This document shows, piece by piece, positions 19,782-32,919 of a stretch of 64,000 nt of DNA. The stretch comes from an uncultured delta proteobacterium (GTDB lineage: Bacteria; Myxococcota; Myxococcia; Myxococcales; Myxococcaceae). The translations under genes were made by a program, and so were the position numbers. The notes beneath the pieces are model-generated. The model was not told the origin of the DNA. It saw only the letters and a program-made list of their open reading frames with translations, and searched no databases. Position 1 is the stretch's first letter, and each line of letters starts with the position of its first letter. Location: positions 192,001-256,000 of the forward strand of contig CAVQKE010000005.1 in NCBI GenBank assembly GCA_963713045.1, read 5' to 3'.

Positions 19782-20479
19782 CGGGGCAGCGACGAAAGGC
19801 CGGCGGCGGCGGCGTCGGCCAAAACCACGGCGCGGTCACTTCGGACGCGCCCGGCAGGAATGCTGCGGTCGCCGGCCCTCAGCTTGGCCAGCATCTGCAC
19901 CTTGTCGCCGCCCGTCACCAGCCACAGGACTTTTCGCGCTCGGTCCAGCACCGGGAAGGTGAGCGTCATCCGCAGACGGCCTTGGTAAGGCCCGGAAAGG
20001 ACGACATCGGCTGCCGTCACGTCGAGGGACTGGTCTCCGGGGACGAGCGAGGCAGTGTGGCCATCCGGCCCGAGCCCAAGGTGCACCAGGTCGAGCACCG
20101 CCGGGGTGCCGGCAACCGAGTCGAGCGTGCGGGCATAACCCGCCGCAGCCGCCGCTAGGTCCGCCTCCTCGACTGGCATGGGGTAAAGCTGCGTGGGCGG
20201 AAGCTTCACCGCGCCGAGGAGGCTGGCCTGCAGGTGAGTCAGGTTTCGGTCTGGGTCGCCCGCGGGCGCAACGCGTTCGTCCACCTGGAAGACGTGCACG
20301 CTGGACCAGGGGACGTCTTCGTTCGCCAAAAGCCGCAACATCCGCCACGGGGTGTGGCCCCCGCTCACCGCCAGGGTGAAGCGCCCTCGCACGGCGACGG
20401 CAGCGCGCGCGTCCGAGGCAATCAGCTGCGCGGCGGCCCGGGCGACGGCTTCGGCGTCGGCGAGTATCTCCACCTTCAT
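19778..20479 (-). CDS. pgl: 6-phosphogluconolactonase
   Basis: SGGHTP, QVDER, LGLGPDGHTASL, RMTLT; in an operon with zwf/gnd. Confidence 0.92.
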   Translation of the reverse strand: MKVEILADAEAVARAAAQLIASDARAAVAVRGRFTLAVSGGHTPWRMLRLLANEDVPWSSVHVFQVDERVAPAGDPDRNLTHLQASLLGAVKLPPTQLYPMPVEEADLAAAAAGYARTLDSVAGTPAVLDLVHLGLGPDGHTASLVPGDQSLDVTAADVVLSGPYQGRLRMTLTFPVLDRARKVLWLVTGGDKVQMLAKLRAGDRSIPAGRVRSDRAVVLADAAAAGLSSLPR

Positions 20480-21060
20480 GGCACCTCCAACAAGTCGTAG
20501 CTTTCGTTCCAGGCGCGGATGACTTGGGTCTCGCGCTCGTACCCCAGCTTGCACAGGCAGGCCGTGTCGAGGCCGAAGGAGCGCCCGGCGGTGGCCGCCA
20601 TCCCGAGCCAACGCGCGGCGAGGACGCGCAGAATGTGGCCATGCCCATAGAGGGCGACGTCTCCTCCAGCGGCCAGCGAGCGGGCAATGACGCGGTCGGC
20701 GCGCTCCCCTACCTGGTCAGCCGTCTCGCCGCGCGGGACGCCGTTGCTCCAGATGGTCCAGTCTGGGACTTCCTTTCGGATGTCGGCGCTGGTCCGCCCC
20801 TCGTAGGCGCCGTAGTTCCACTCCATCAGGTCATCATCCGGAATGGCTTCAGGCCCGTGGCCGGAGAGCCGACACGTCTCCCAGGCGCGGCGGAGCGGGC
20901 TGCTCAGCACCAGGGCGAACGTCTTCTTCATCAGCCGGCGTCCTAGCAGCACGGCTTGCTGCTCACCCCGGGGCGTCAGTGGGATGTCGGTTCGGCCAGT
21001 GTGCCGGCCATTCAGACTCCACTCCGTCTCCCCGTGCCGAACGAGCCACAGCTCCGCCAT
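20476..21060 (-). CDS. Histidine phosphatase family protein (Shb17/Gpm2-like)
   Basis: RHGETEWS, HTGRTD, SSPLRRA, EWNYGAYEG, WTIW-G-GET, GHGHILR. Confidence 0.88.
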   Translation of the reverse strand: MAELWLVRHGETEWSLNGRHTGRTDIPLTPRGEQQAVLLGRRLMKKTFALVLSSPLRRAWETCRLSGHGPEAIPDDDLMEWNYGAYEGRTSADIRKEVPDWTIWSNGVPRGETADQVGERADRVIARSLAAGGDVALYGHGHILRVLAARWLGMAATAGRSFGLDTACLCKLGYERETQVIRAWNESYDLLEVP

Positions 21061-21073
21061 GGACTCACCCCTC

Positions 21074-22438
21074 CTAACTGCGCGCGACGAACCAGCCGCC
21101 GGGAACCATGGCCTCGGCTTCCTGGGGACCCCACGTCCCGGGCTGGTACGGGAGGAGCGGGGTGTCGGCCTGAATGGCCGGGTCGACAATACGCCACGCC
21201 TCTTCGACGTAGTCCTCCCGGGCGAAACGCGAGGCGTCGCCCTTCAGCGCATCGCCCAGCAGCTCATCGTAGGGGGCAAGGTCACCACCCTGGTGGTGCG
21301 TCAGCTCGAGCTCGACTGGCTCAGCTTGCATCGTCTCCCCGGGTGACTTGATGACCGCTCCCAAGGCGATGACCGAGTCCGGGCTCAGACGGAAGCGCAG
21401 ACTGTCTTGCGGCAAGGCAATCCCCTCCACCAGCGCCGGAGGCGCCCGAAAACGCGCCATCACCTCAGTCCGTGTCACCGGCAGGCACTTGCCAGCCCGG
21501 ATGTAGAAGGGAACGCCCTGCCAGCGCCAGGAGTTGAGGTGGAGGCGCAGGGCGACGAAGGTTTCCACCGTCGAGTCTGGGGCGACGCCTGGCTCCTGCC
21601 GGTAGCCCCGGAATTGGCCGCGCACCATCTCGGTCGGCCGAATGGAGGAGATGCCCTTCAGTACCTTGACTCTCTCGGTGCGGAAGGCTTCCGGGTCCGA
21701 GGTCTGCGGCGGCGGTTCCATCGCGACATTGGAAACGACTTGCAGCAAGTGGTTCTGCACCACGTCGCGGATGGTCCCGGCCTTGTCGTAGAAGGCGCCG
21801 CGGCCCGCGACACCGAAGTTCTCGGCCATCGTGATTTGAACGCTGTCGACGTAATTTCGGTTCCAAATGGGCTCAAGAAAGCTGTTGGCGAAACGGAAGA
21901 AGACCAAATTCTGCACCGTCGCCTTACCGAGGTAATGGTCGATGCGGAAAATGTCCTTTTCCGCGAAGAACTCGTGCAGCGTCTGGTTGAGCTGCCGGGC
22001 TGAGTTGAAATCGCTCCCGAAGGGCTTCTCCACCACCAGCCGCGCGCCCTTGGTAGCGCCCGCACCGGCCAGCTGCTTGGCGACCAGGCCGAACAGTCCT
22101 TGGGGAATCGCCAAGTAGTGCAAAGGGCGCTGAGCGCCGCCCAGCTGTTGCCGAAGACGCTGAAAGACAGCCGGGTCGGCGTAGTCACCATGGACGTAGC
22201 GAAGCAGGCCGACCAGCTTGGCAAAGGCTTGGTTGTCCACAACCCCGTGCTTCTCGATGCTGGCGCCTGCGAAGGCTTGAAGCTCGGCGGCTGTCAGTGC
22301 GCGCCGAGCCACGGCGATGACGGGGACGTTGAGCACGCCCCGTTGCACCATGCTCTGCAACGCGGGAAAAATCTGCTTGCTGGCAAGGTCCCCGGTCGCT
22401 CCAAAAAAGACGAGGGCGTCGGCCGGGGTGGAAGTCAC
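21074..22438 (-). CDS. zwf: Glucose-6-phosphate 1-dehydrogenase
   Basis: [39 protein letters not shown]. Confidence 0.96.
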   Translation of the reverse strand: MTSTPADALVFFGATGDLASKQIFPALQSMVQRGVLNVPVIAVARRALTAAELQAFAGASIEKHGVVDNQAFAKLVGLLRYVHGDYADPAVFQRLRQQLGGAQRPLHYLAIPQGLFGLVAKQLAGAGATKGARLVVEKPFGSDFNSARQLNQTLHEFFAEKDIFRIDHYLGKATVQNLVFFRFANSFLEPIWNRNYVDSVQITMAENFGVAGRGAFYDKAGTIRDVVQNHLLQVVSNVAMEPPPQTSDPEAFRTERVKVLKGISSIRPTEMVRGQFRGYRQEPGVAPDSTVETFVALRLHLNSWRWQGVPFYIRAGKCLPVTRTEVMARFRAPPALVEGIALPQDSLRFRLSPDSVIALGAVIKSPGETMQAEPVELELTHHQGGDLAPYDELLGDALKGDASRFAREDYVEEAWRIVDPAIQADTPLLPYQPGTWGPQEAEAMVPGGWFVARS

Positions 22439-23451
22439 GGCTTCTTCTCCTCGTGCCCCCCGAATGCCCAGCGTTGGGCGGACAGGATTTTGTCGGCAAA
22501 GTCCGCGTTGCCGCGGGAGGAGAAACGGTCGTACAGCGCCGAGGTGAGAACCGAAGCAGGGACACCCTCGTCGATGGCGGCATGAATCGTCCAGCGGCCC
22601 TCACCCGAGTCCGAGACACGGCCGGCGAATGCCTTCAGCTCGGGGTCCTTCAGAAACACCTGGGCGGTGAGGTCGAGGAGCCAGGAGCTGATGACGCTCC
22701 CCCGGCGCCACAGCTCGGCCACGTCCGCCAAGTTGAAGTCGTATTGGTAATGGTCGGGGTCTCGCAGCGGTGTCGTCTCGGCGTCCACGGCGTGCTTCTG
22801 CTTCCCGGCGTTGGCCCCTCGGAGAATGTTCAGCCCCTCGGCATAGGCAGCCATGATGCCGTACTCGATGCCGTTGTGGACCATCTTCACGAAGTGACCG
22901 GCGCCGTTCGGCCCGCAGTGCAGGTAGCCATGTTCGGCGGTGCCGGTGGGCGCCTTGTCCCGGCCCGGCGTTCGAGACACCGAAGCCATCTCCGGCGCGA
23001 GTGTCGCGAACACCGGGTTCAGGTACTTCACCACGGCGTCCTCACCACCAATCATCTGGCAGTAGCCGCGCTCCAGGCCCCACACGCCGCCGCTGGTGCC
23101 AACATCCACGTAGTGGATGCCCTTCGCCATCAGCTGCTTGCTCCGCCGAATGTCGTCGACGTAGTACGAATTACCACCGTCGATGAGGATGTCGTCCTTC
23201 TCCAGAAGGGGCAGCAAATCGGCGATGGTGGCATCCACCACACCGGCTGGAACCATCATCCATATCGCCCGGGGCTTCTTCAGCTTCTTGGTGAAGTCCT
23301 GAAGCGACGAGGAACCAATCGCTTTCTCCTTGGCCAGCGCCTCCACCGCCGCGGGCGTGCGGTCGAAGACGACGCACTCGTGCCCCGCCTTCAGCAGTCG
23401 CCGCACCATGTTTGCGCCCATCCGACCAAGGCCAATCATCCCGATTTGCAT
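22435..23451 (-). CDS. gnd: 6-phosphogluconate dehydrogenase, short (GntZ-like) type
   Basis: [44 protein letters not shown]. Confidence 0.93.
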   Translation of the reverse strand: MQIGMIGLGRMGANMVRRLLKAGHECVVFDRTPAAVEALAKEKAIGSSSLQDFTKKLKKPRAIWMMVPAGVVDATIADLLPLLEKDDILIDGGNSYYVDDIRRSKQLMAKGIHYVDVGTSGGVWGLERGYCQMIGGEDAVVKYLNPVFATLAPEMASVSRTPGRDKAPTGTAEHGYLHCGPNGAGHFVKMVHNGIEYGIMAAYAEGLNILRGANAGKQKHAVDAETTPLRDPDHYQYDFNLADVAELWRRGSVISSWLLDLTAQVFLKDPELKAFAGRVSDSGEGRWTIHAAIDEGVPASVLTSALYDRFSSRGNADFADKILSAQRWAFGGHEEKKP

Positions 23452-23502
23452 GACGTGTTCCCTCTGTAGCGACTGAAAAGTTGCCAACCACTGCCGCAGG
23501 CC

Positions 23503-24419
23503 TCAATGGCCCGCTTGTGCCTGCTCAAACGTGTCCACCCATTCACGGTAACGGCCAGCAATCTCTGCCACTGCGGCTTCGCGCGACATCTTCTTCGCCC
23601 GAAGCTGCACCAGCGCGTTCCAGAAGGAGGTTCTTCCCACTGCAAAGCCAATGAAGCCCGGAACGGTGGCGGCGGTCGTCAACCACTCCCGGACCCGTTG
23701 CTCGTTTTCACCGTGGCCGAGGATGATGCAGCTCACCTTTTCCCGGCCGCCGCGGCGCGCGGCGCTTACCACCCGCGCGCCGTCTTGCCGAGCGTCGAGC
23801 CCTTCAACCTTCCAGACGTCTGGCTCCACCCCACCGGCCTGCAGCTCTTCGATGGCCCGTACCATCAACCCGGGGCGCATTTCGCGGTCATAGAGGTGGC
23901 TGTCCCCCTGGCAACGGTCCAGCTGCGCCTTCTCCGGCGGCACCAGCAACTCGAACATGAAGCGGCTGCTTTGCTTCGAAAGAAGGTAGTTGCTCAAGCG
24001 CGCCAAACGCGCGGTCTGCACGCGGTTGAGCGCTGCGTCACCCTCGGGGTTGTAGCGGACCAAGACTTTGCAAAAGTCTGGGTGGAAAGTCTCAATGTGC
24101 GGTGCGAAGTCCTCGCCATATTCAAAGTCGAACTCCTCCTGCCCACTCTTCTCGGCAGGGCAGGCGGTGGTGTAGCCCTTGGCGGTGGCGTCCCTGAGGA
24201 TGGCGGCGCCAAATTGCTCGTCGACCAGGATGCCGGCCTTTGCCTTGGGCACCCCGTCGGCGAGCGCGCTCTGGAATCCGTCGTAGACGACTTGCTTGGC
24301 AGCGGCAATTTCGGCGGTCTGCGCCGGACTGAGCGTCCCCGTCCAGCCGAACAATTTCGTCTGGAAGCTGCCCCGGTGGTCGAACGGGAGAATGTAGAGC
24401 GGCCTCTGGTAGCCGCGAA

Positions 24420-24423
<4 letters not shown>
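23503..24423 (-). CDS. Standalone DUF2090 (IolC C-terminal-like) class I aldolase-fold protein
   Basis: [36 protein letters not shown]. Confidence 0.78.
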
Positions 24424-26081
<1,658 letters not shown>

Positions 26082-26111
26082 GGTGTCCCCTTCCCCCTGC
26101 GCGAGAGACTC

Positions 26112-27200
26112 TTAGCTTGCCTTCTTCTTGATGGCTGCGCTCTTGGATTCGATGACCGCCATCAGCTCAGTCCAGGAAGAGACGAAGGCCTTGGCGCCCT
26201 CCTCCTGAAGCCTCGCGGCCAATGCGTCCACGTCCACGCCAGCGTGGCCGAATTGTGACAACACGACTTCGCAGTCTCCGCCGTCGACCGGGAGCAGAGC
26301 CCCAATCTCCCCGTGGTCGGCCAGCACCTTCAAGGTGCTTTCCGGCATGGTGTTCACTGTGAAGGGGGCGGCCAGGCCTTTGACGTAGAGGACGTCCGAG
26401 GCGTGCGGGTCCTTGGTGCCGGTGCTTGCCCACAAGAGACGCTGAGGCCGAGCGCCAGCGTTGTAGATGCGCTGCCAGCGCGGCGTGTCGAGCAGCTTTC
26501 GGTAGGCGGCATAGGCGCGTTTGGCAATGGCGGTCCCGAGCTGATTGGTCAACGGCGCGGCCACCTCCCCGGCGACGGCCACATCCCAGCGGCTGATGAA
26601 AAGCGAAGCCACCGACCCCACCCCCGCGTGCAGCCCGGCGTCGATGCGCCGCTCGATGCCACGCAAGTACGCCTCTGCGGCGGCGAGGTACTGCTCCCGA
26701 GAGAAGAGCAGCGTGACGTTGATGGGAATGCCAGCGAAAATTGCCTCTTCAATCGCGGGCAGCCCCTGCTTCGTTCCTGGGATTTTGATGAAGAGGTTGG
26801 GCCGAGCAGCGCGCGAGCACAGGTCCTTGGCCGCCACCAGCGTACTCGCCGTGTCGTAGGCAAGCTGGGGAGAGACTTCGAGTGACACCCAGCCATCAAC
26901 GCCGTCGGTTTGCTGGTGAATGGGCCGGAAGAGGTCCGCCGCTTGTCGGAGGTCTTCGATGGCGAGTTCGAAGAAGAGCGCTTCTCCCGACTTTCCCTCA
27001 GCCATCTTGGTCTGAATCGCTGTGTCGTAGTCCGAGCTGTTGCTGATGGCGTGGTCAAAAATGGTGGGGTTCGACGTCAGCCCGGTGACGCTGAGCTGGT
27101 CGATGTAGCGTCGCAGCGTGCCCGAGGTGAGGAGGGTGCGCGTGATGTTGTCCAGCCAGATGCTTTGGCCGAGGTCGTGGAGAATCTTCGTCGCCTTCAT
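26112..27200 (-). CDS. tal: Transaldolase
   Basis: GQSIWLD, TSNPTIF, VSLEVSP, IKIP, NVTLLFS, LWASTGTK; GAAGGAG RBS. Confidence 0.95.
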   Translation of the reverse strand: MKATKILHDLGQSIWLDNITRTLLTSGTLRRYIDQLSVTGLTSNPTIFDHAISNSSDYDTAIQTKMAEGKSGEALFFELAIEDLRQAADLFRPIHQQTDGVDGWVSLEVSPQLAYDTASTLVAAKDLCSRAARPNLFIKIPGTKQGLPAIEEAIFAGIPINVTLLFSREQYLAAAEAYLRGIERRIDAGLHAGVGSVASLFISRWDVAVAGEVAAPLTNQLGTAIAKRAYAAYRKLLDTPRWQRIYNAGARPQRLLWASTGTKDPHASDVLYVKGLAAPFTVNTMPESTLKVLADHGEIGALLPVDGGDCEVVLSQFGHAGVDVDALAARLQEEGAKAFVSSWTELMAVIESKSAAIKKKAS

Positions 27201-27412
27201 GGTGACTCCTTCCTGAGAGACGACAAACCCCGGGGGCAGCTGCGCCCGAAAGGGCCCCGGACCGGTCATACCCCTTCGTCGCCGAGGGTGACATCGGCTG
27301 TCCAGGCCGCGACACAGATGCTGCCCACACGCCGGCCGGCCGCTCTCACTCCTGGCGAGGTGGTTGTCACCCAAATGCCCCAAGCCATTTCCACGGCAGC
27401 TGCCCAGTTGGG

Positions 27413-29062
27413 TCAGGGAAGGTTGAGGGCGGCTTGAACCATGCGCTGCGCTTCCTCCACCAGGGCTTCGAGGTGCGCCGGGCTGCGGAAGCTTTCCGCA
27501 TACACCTTGTAAATGTCCTCCGTCCCGGAGGGCCGCGCGGCGAACCACCCGCTGGCAGTTGAAACTTTGAGTCCACCGATGAGAGCGCCGTTGCCGGGGG
27601 CACGCGTCAGCTTCGACGTGATGGGCTCGCCGGCGAGCGTCGACTCGCGGACGGCCTCTGCAGACAACTTTTGCAGTTTGGCCTTCTGCTCCGGAGACGC
27701 AGGGGCGTCGATTCGGGTGGAATAGGGCGTCCCCAATTCCGCGGTCAGCGCCAGGAATTGCTCTCCCGGGTCCTTCCCGAGGCGAGCGGTCATCTCTGCG
27801 GCCAAGAGATTGGGGACGATGCCGTCCTTGTCGGTCGTCCACACCCTGCCGTCCTTGCGCAGGAAGGTCGCCCCGGAGCTCTCTTCACCGCCAAAACCGA
27901 GGCTGCCATCCATCAACCCCTCGACGAACCATTTGAAGCCCACCGGGACTTCAAACAACCTTCGGCCGAGGCGTGCCGTCACTCGGTCAATCATGCTGCT
28001 GCTCACCACCGTCTTGCCGACCGCCGCCGAGGCTTTCCACCCGGGACGTTGCGTGTAGAGGTAGGCGATGGCTGCCGACAGGTAGTGGTTTGGCTGAAGA
28101 AGACCCTGGCTGTGGCTGACCACCCCATGTCGGTCAGCGTCGGTGTCGCTGGCAAAGGCGACATCGAATTTGTCCTTGAGGCCAACCAAACGGGCCATCG
28201 CATACGGAGAGGACGGGTCCATCCGGATTTGCCCGTCCCAGTCGACAGTCATGAACCGGAAGGTCGGGTCCACCACCGGGTTGACCACCTCGAGGTTGAG
28301 TCGGTAACGCTGGCCGATGGCCCCCCAGTAAGCCACGCTTGCCCCCCCCAACGGGTCAACCCCCATCCGGACCTTGGCTGCCCGGACCGACTCCAGGTCA
28401 ATCACCGAGGAGAGGTCCCCGACATAACCCTCGAGATAGTCGTAGCCGTGGGTGGTGGCGGCACTCCGCGCGCGGCCGAAGGGGATGCGGCGAACTTCCC
28501 GCAACCCGTCGGCGAGGAATGCGTTTGCCTGCTCCTCAATCCAGCTGGTGACGGCGTTCTCCGCAGGCCCACCGTGCGGCGGGTCATACTTGAAACCCCC
28601 GAAACGCGGAGGGTTGTGAGACGGAGTGATGACAATGCCATCCGCCAGTCCGCGCTCTCGCCCTCGGTTGTAACCAAGCACGGCGTGAGAGATGACCGGT
28701 GTCGGGGTATAGCCGCCATCCACCGCGAGCATCACCTCCACCTGATTGGCGGCCAGAACTTCGAGGGCAGTTGCGAAGGCCGGTTCCGACAGCGCGTGGG
28801 TGTCAATCCCGAGAAAAAGCGGCCCGTCGATGCCCTTTGCCTTGCGGTACAGGCAGATGGCCTGCGTGATGGCCAGGATGTGCGCCTCGTTGAAGGCGTC
28901 ATCGAGGGAGGAGCCGCGATGGCCTGAGGTCCCAAAGGCGACGCGCTGAGACGGCACCGACGGGTCCGGGCGCCCGGTGTAGTACGCCGTCACCAGCCGG
29001 GGCACGTTCACCAGAATCGACGCTTCGGCCGGCTTTCCGGCGAGGGGGCTGATTTCCTCCAT
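27413..29062 (-). CDS. pgm: Phosphoglucomutase (alpha-D-glucose phosphate-specific)
   Basis: [37 protein letters not shown]. Confidence 0.96.
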   Translation of the reverse strand: MEEISPLAGKPAEASILVNVPRLVTAYYTGRPDPSVPSQRVAFGTSGHRGSSLDDAFNEAHILAITQAICLYRKAKGIDGPLFLGIDTHALSEPAFATALEVLAANQVEVMLAVDGGYTPTPVISHAVLGYNRGRERGLADGIVITPSHNPPRFGGFKYDPPHGGPAENAVTSWIEEQANAFLADGLREVRRIPFGRARSAATTHGYDYLEGYVGDLSSVIDLESVRAAKVRMGVDPLGGASVAYWGAIGQRYRLNLEVVNPVVDPTFRFMTVDWDGQIRMDPSSPYAMARLVGLKDKFDVAFASDTDADRHGVVSHSQGLLQPNHYLSAAIAYLYTQRPGWKASAAVGKTVVSSSMIDRVTARLGRRLFEVPVGFKWFVEGLMDGSLGFGGEESSGATFLRKDGRVWTTDKDGIVPNLLAAEMTARLGKDPGEQFLALTAELGTPYSTRIDAPASPEQKAKLQKLSAEAVRESTLAGEPITSKLTRAPGNGALIGGLKVSTASGWFAARPSGTEDIYKVYAESFRSPAHLEALVEEAQRMVQAALNLP

Positions 29063-29087
29063 GGCTGGCTCACCTCAACTGCGTCGT

Positions 29088-31580
29088 TTACCTCACCGGA
29101 CAGGGCCTCAAGTCCCAAATGTCTGAAGCGTATTCGTGGATGGTCCGGTCGCTCGAGAATTTCCCGGACGCAGCCACATTGAGGATGGCCTTGCGTGCCC
29201 ACTGCTCCGGGTTTGCGTAGAGCTCCACCAGTCGCCCATCCGTCGTGAGATAGGCCGAGAGATCCGCCAGGTGCAGGTAGCGGTCGCCGCCGGTAAGCAA
29301 GGCCCATTTCAGTGGCTCGAAAATCCCTGGCTCGTTGCGGCTGAAGTAGTTCGAGAAAATGAGGTCCAATGCGGCTCGGGTCTCCGGTTCGTGGTTGTAG
29401 TGCCAGTACGGGTCGTACCCGCCGGCGCTGGCGGCGACCTGCTCGGCGGTAAGGCCGAAGAGGAAGAAGTTTTCTTCCCCCGCTTCCTGTGCCATCTCGA
29501 TGGTCGCACCGTCCCGCGTGCCCAGCGTCAGGGCCCCGTTCATCATGAACTTCATGTTGCTCGTCCCACTGGCCTCGTATCCTGCCGTGGAAATTTGGTT
29601 GGAGACGTCGCTCGCCGGAATCAGCTTCTCGGCCAGCGTCACCGAATAGTCGGGCACGAAGAGGACCTTCAGCCGCCCCTTGACGACTGGGTCTCCGTCG
29701 ATGGTGGCCGCCAGGTTGTTGAGGAACTTGATGATGAGTTTCGCCAGTTGGTAGGCAGGCGCCGCCTTTCCGGCAAAGAAGAACGTGCGCGGCAGCATGT
29801 CTAAGTTCGGCGTCGCCCGAATGCGGTTGTAGAGCACGACAATCCGCAGCGCGTTGAGAAGCTGCCGCTTGTACTCATGAATGCGTTTGATTTGGCAGTC
29901 GAAGATGGTCCCGGGGTCGGCCGTTAGGCCCCAGGTGCGCTTCAGCCAATTCCCAAATTCCACCTTCGCGCGTCGCTTCGCCTTCTGAAACTCGGCACGA
30001 AAGGCGCTGTCCTCCGCGTTTGGCCTGAGCCCCTTCAGCTCCTCCAGGTGGGTCCGCCACTCATCGCCGATGGCCGAGGAGATGATCTCGGACAAGGCAG
30101 GGTTGGCGCCGAGCAGCCATCGCCGCGGCGTGACGCCGTTGGTCTTGTTGTTGAAACGTTCGGGGAAAAGCTCCGCCAGGTCCTTCACCGTTACCTTCTG
30201 CAAGAGCGCCGAGTGAATGGCCGAAACACCGTTGGTGCTGTGCGAGCCGACAATGGCAACATTGGCCATCCGGATTTTTTGCACCGGTCCCTCCTCCACC
30301 AGACTGACCCGCTGAACACGGCCCTCGTCGCCCGGGAAGCGGCGGCGAACGTCATCCAAGAGGCGTCGGTTCACCTCGAAGAGAAGCTCCAAGTGCCGGG
30401 GCAAGGCGAGCTGGAACCATTCGAGCGGCCACTTCTCGAGCGCCTCCGGTAGCAACGTGTGGTTGGTGAAAGCCAGGGTCCGGCGGGTAAGGTCCCAGGC
30501 CTCGTTCCATCCGAGGTGGGCTTCGTCGAGCAGGATGCGCAGCAGTTCCGGGACGGAAAGCGCGGGGTGGGTGTCGTTGAGATGGACGGCCACCTGTTCC
30601 GGAAGCGCGCTCCAGCTGGCGTTGGTACGGCGAAACCGCCGAATCAAGTCGGCCAACGAGCAAGCCACCAGGAAGTATTCCTGCACAAAGCGCAACGCCT
30701 GCCCCTCGCTGGTGGAGTCGTCGGGGTAAAGCACTCGGGTAACGGTTTCCGCGCCGAGCGTTTCGGCCACCGCACCGACGAAGTCGCCATGGCTAAACTC
30801 GGAAAAGTCGAAATAGTCCGGTGCGCTGGCTGCCCACAGCCGAAGCGTGTTGATGGTGCGGCCGCCATAGCCGACCATCGGTCGGTCGTAGGGAACCCCA
30901 AACCATGAGGTGCTGCGGCCGGGAGTCGCCCTGAGGACCCCCTTCTGGACATCGAACGTACAGTTGAGCTTCACCTCGACCCGAGCATCGGGACGCGCCA
31001 CCTCCCACGGGTCGGGCCGCCACAGCCAGCGTTCCGGTTTCTCAACTTGCCAGCCATTCACAATTTTCTGGCGGAAAATGCCGTATTCATACCGAAGCCC
31101 GTACCCCATCGCTGGCAACTCCAGGGTGGCGAGCGAGTCCATGAAACACGCTGCCAGACGACCGAGTCCCCCGTTCCCCAGCCCCGCATCCGCCTCCTGC
31201 GCCAGCACCTCAGCCCAGTCGATGTGCCCCTCGCGAACCGCCTCCTCGGTGATGCTTTCCAGGAGGAGGTTGGTGACGTTGGACGCCAGCGAGCGGCCGA
31301 GCAGATATTCCATCGACAGGTAGTAAAGCCGCTTGGGACTGGCACGCTGGTAGGTGGTCTCGGTCCGGATCCACCGCTGGGACAAGATGTCGCGCACCGA
31401 GCGCGCAAAGGCCTCAAACTTCTCTCGCGGCGTGACGTCCGACAACTCGAGGATGTTGTCGAAAACCAGGTGCCGGTCGTAGAAGGCCACCTCCGGACCC
31501 ACCAAGGGCACCGGCCCGCAGCCATAGTCGAGCATCGGGTCCGACAACTCCTTGGGCCCTGGCTTCGGAATGACTGCCAC
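29088..31580 (-). CDS. glgP: Glycogen/maltodextrin phosphorylase
   Basis: GLGNGGLGRL, LNDTHP, TNHT, KTNGVTPRRW, KRIHEYKRQ, PLP motif EASGTSNMKF. Confidence 0.95.
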   Translation of the reverse strand: MAVIPKPGPKELSDPMLDYGCGPVPLVGPEVAFYDRHLVFDNILELSDVTPREKFEAFARSVRDILSQRWIRTETTYQRASPKRLYYLSMEYLLGRSLASNVTNLLLESITEEAVREGHIDWAEVLAQEADAGLGNGGLGRLAACFMDSLATLELPAMGYGLRYEYGIFRQKIVNGWQVEKPERWLWRPDPWEVARPDARVEVKLNCTFDVQKGVLRATPGRSTSWFGVPYDRPMVGYGGRTINTLRLWAASAPDYFDFSEFSHGDFVGAVAETLGAETVTRVLYPDDSTSEGQALRFVQEYFLVACSLADLIRRFRRTNASWSALPEQVAVHLNDTHPALSVPELLRILLDEAHLGWNEAWDLTRRTLAFTNHTLLPEALEKWPLEWFQLALPRHLELLFEVNRRLLDDVRRRFPGDEGRVQRVSLVEEGPVQKIRMANVAIVGSHSTNGVSAIHSALLQKVTVKDLAELFPERFNNKTNGVTPRRWLLGANPALSEIISSAIGDEWRTHLEELKGLRPNAEDSAFRAEFQKAKRRAKVEFGNWLKRTWGLTADPGTIFDCQIKRIHEYKRQLLNALRIVVLYNRIRATPNLDMLPRTFFFAGKAAPAYQLAKLIIKFLNNLAATIDGDPVVKGRLKVLFVPDYSVTLAEKLIPASDVSNQISTAGYEASGTSNMKFMMNGALTLGTRDGATIEMAQEAGEENFFLFGLTAEQVAASAGGYDPYWHYNHEPETRAALDLIFSNYFSRNEPGIFEPLKWALLTGGDRYLHLADLSAYLTTDGRLVELYANPEQWARKAILNVAASGKFSSDRTIHEYASDIWDLRPCPVR

Positions 31581-31736
31581 GGTCGTTCCTCCGGCTGTCG
31601 TCAGGACTCTTATCGAGGGTGGCCCTCAACGCCAAGGCCACTCTGGCCACCGTGCCGCCGAAGTTTCCACTGGGGAACAGGATGTTCACACCGTCGTCGC
31701 CTCTCCTCCGGGCCGCAGCAACGGAAAACAGTCTGT

Positions 31737-32780
31737 TTACTCGCGGTAGGACCAGCCGACGGTCAAGGCCAGAAGGTAGTCGGTGTGGGCCGCGGTCGGG
31801 TCGGGAGGCTGCGTGTCGAAGGTAAAGGAGAAGTTGGTGCCGACAAAAAAATCTTTGAAAACTTCGTATTTGATTTGAAATTTCAGGGTGCCGCGCGTCC
31901 TCCACAACTCATTGAGGACAGGCACCAGCTGCAGCGATGTTTCAGCAGTGAGCTTTGGACTGTCGTAAATAAAAGCCTCCCATCCCGCGCCCCCATAGAC
32001 CGCAATGTTGCCTTGGGCTTCGACGCTCGTGTATTGCTCAAAAGCAGCGATGGTCCCGAACGAGAGCCAAAATTCATTCCAGTCGTTGCGCAGGATTGGA
32101 TAGGCGAGGCCCGCACCGATGTCCAAGCGAAGGTTCAACTGCAACTCGTCATTGTGGTCCACGCCAAACTGAAGCTCAGCGCGCCACTTTGTGAAATAGT
32201 AGGTCCCAGTCAACGTTCCTGAGAATTGGCCGACGTGCGTCGCGTCGGAGAACCTTTGCCAGTAGGCATTGAAGTTGAGGGCGCCTCCGAAATGCTGGCC
32301 TCGGTATGCAAACTGCCCGTCACTGGACAGGGTCATCGAACTCGATGCCTTGGTCACAGTGAACCCGAGGTCAAAATCTGCCTTGACCCGTGACCAGAAG
32401 TATTCGTCCATCGGCGTGATGGCGACAATCTCGAGAAAAGGAAAGGTGTCTTTCGCGTCGGTGCCCACCAAGACCTCGTGGTCGACGGGCGACTGCAACG
32501 TGCCCCAGTATTTCTTGCCCGATGCGAGCTCCACTTCAAACGCGTGCACGCTGGTGACGCGGGCAATCTTGTTCCACTTGATGGAGGGACGGTCGGCGTC
32601 GTCGGTCTTGAAGTCGAGTTTGCCCTGCAACATCCCCTTAATCTCACCGGTGATGTGGTCACCGTTGTCGAGGATGACGACGTCCGTCTTCTGCGCGTGT
32701 GCTGGCGTGGCGGCAAGCAGACCGGTCAGAAGTGTCGCGGCACGGGTGCGCCGCAATAGGCGCGCCCACGGGCATCGCAT
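31737..32780 (-). CDS. Outer-membrane beta-barrel protein (DUF481-like)
   Basis: Signal peptide ending AHA; N-terminal DVVILDNGDHITG module; amphipathic aromatic-rich strands; C-terminal VGWSY. Confidence 0.72.
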   Translation of the reverse strand: MRCPWARLLRRTRAATLLTGLLAATPAHAQKTDVVILDNGDHITGEIKGMLQGKLDFKTDDADRPSIKWNKIARVTSVHAFEVELASGKKYWGTLQSPVDHEVLVGTDAKDTFPFLEIVAITPMDEYFWSRVKADFDLGFTVTKASSSMTLSSDGQFAYRGQHFGGALNFNAYWQRFSDATHVGQFSGTLTGTYYFTKWRAELQFGVDHNDELQLNLRLDIGAGLAYPILRNDWNEFWLSFGTIAAFEQYTSVEAQGNIAVYGGAGWEAFIYDSPKLTAETSLQLVPVLNELWRTRGTLKFQIKYEVFKDFFVGTNFSFTFDTQPPDPTAAHTDYLLALTVGWSYRE

Positions 32781-32919
32781 CCCGGGGACCACCGGGAGCG
32801 TCGCGCGGAGCGAGGTCCTCTCTGGTCCCATTCCCGCCCTTTAGGCTAGCACCCCGTGCAGACGGCCCAGGAAGTCTGAAACACCGGCTTCTTCCGACCC
32901 ACAGTCTGGGCGCGGTGCC

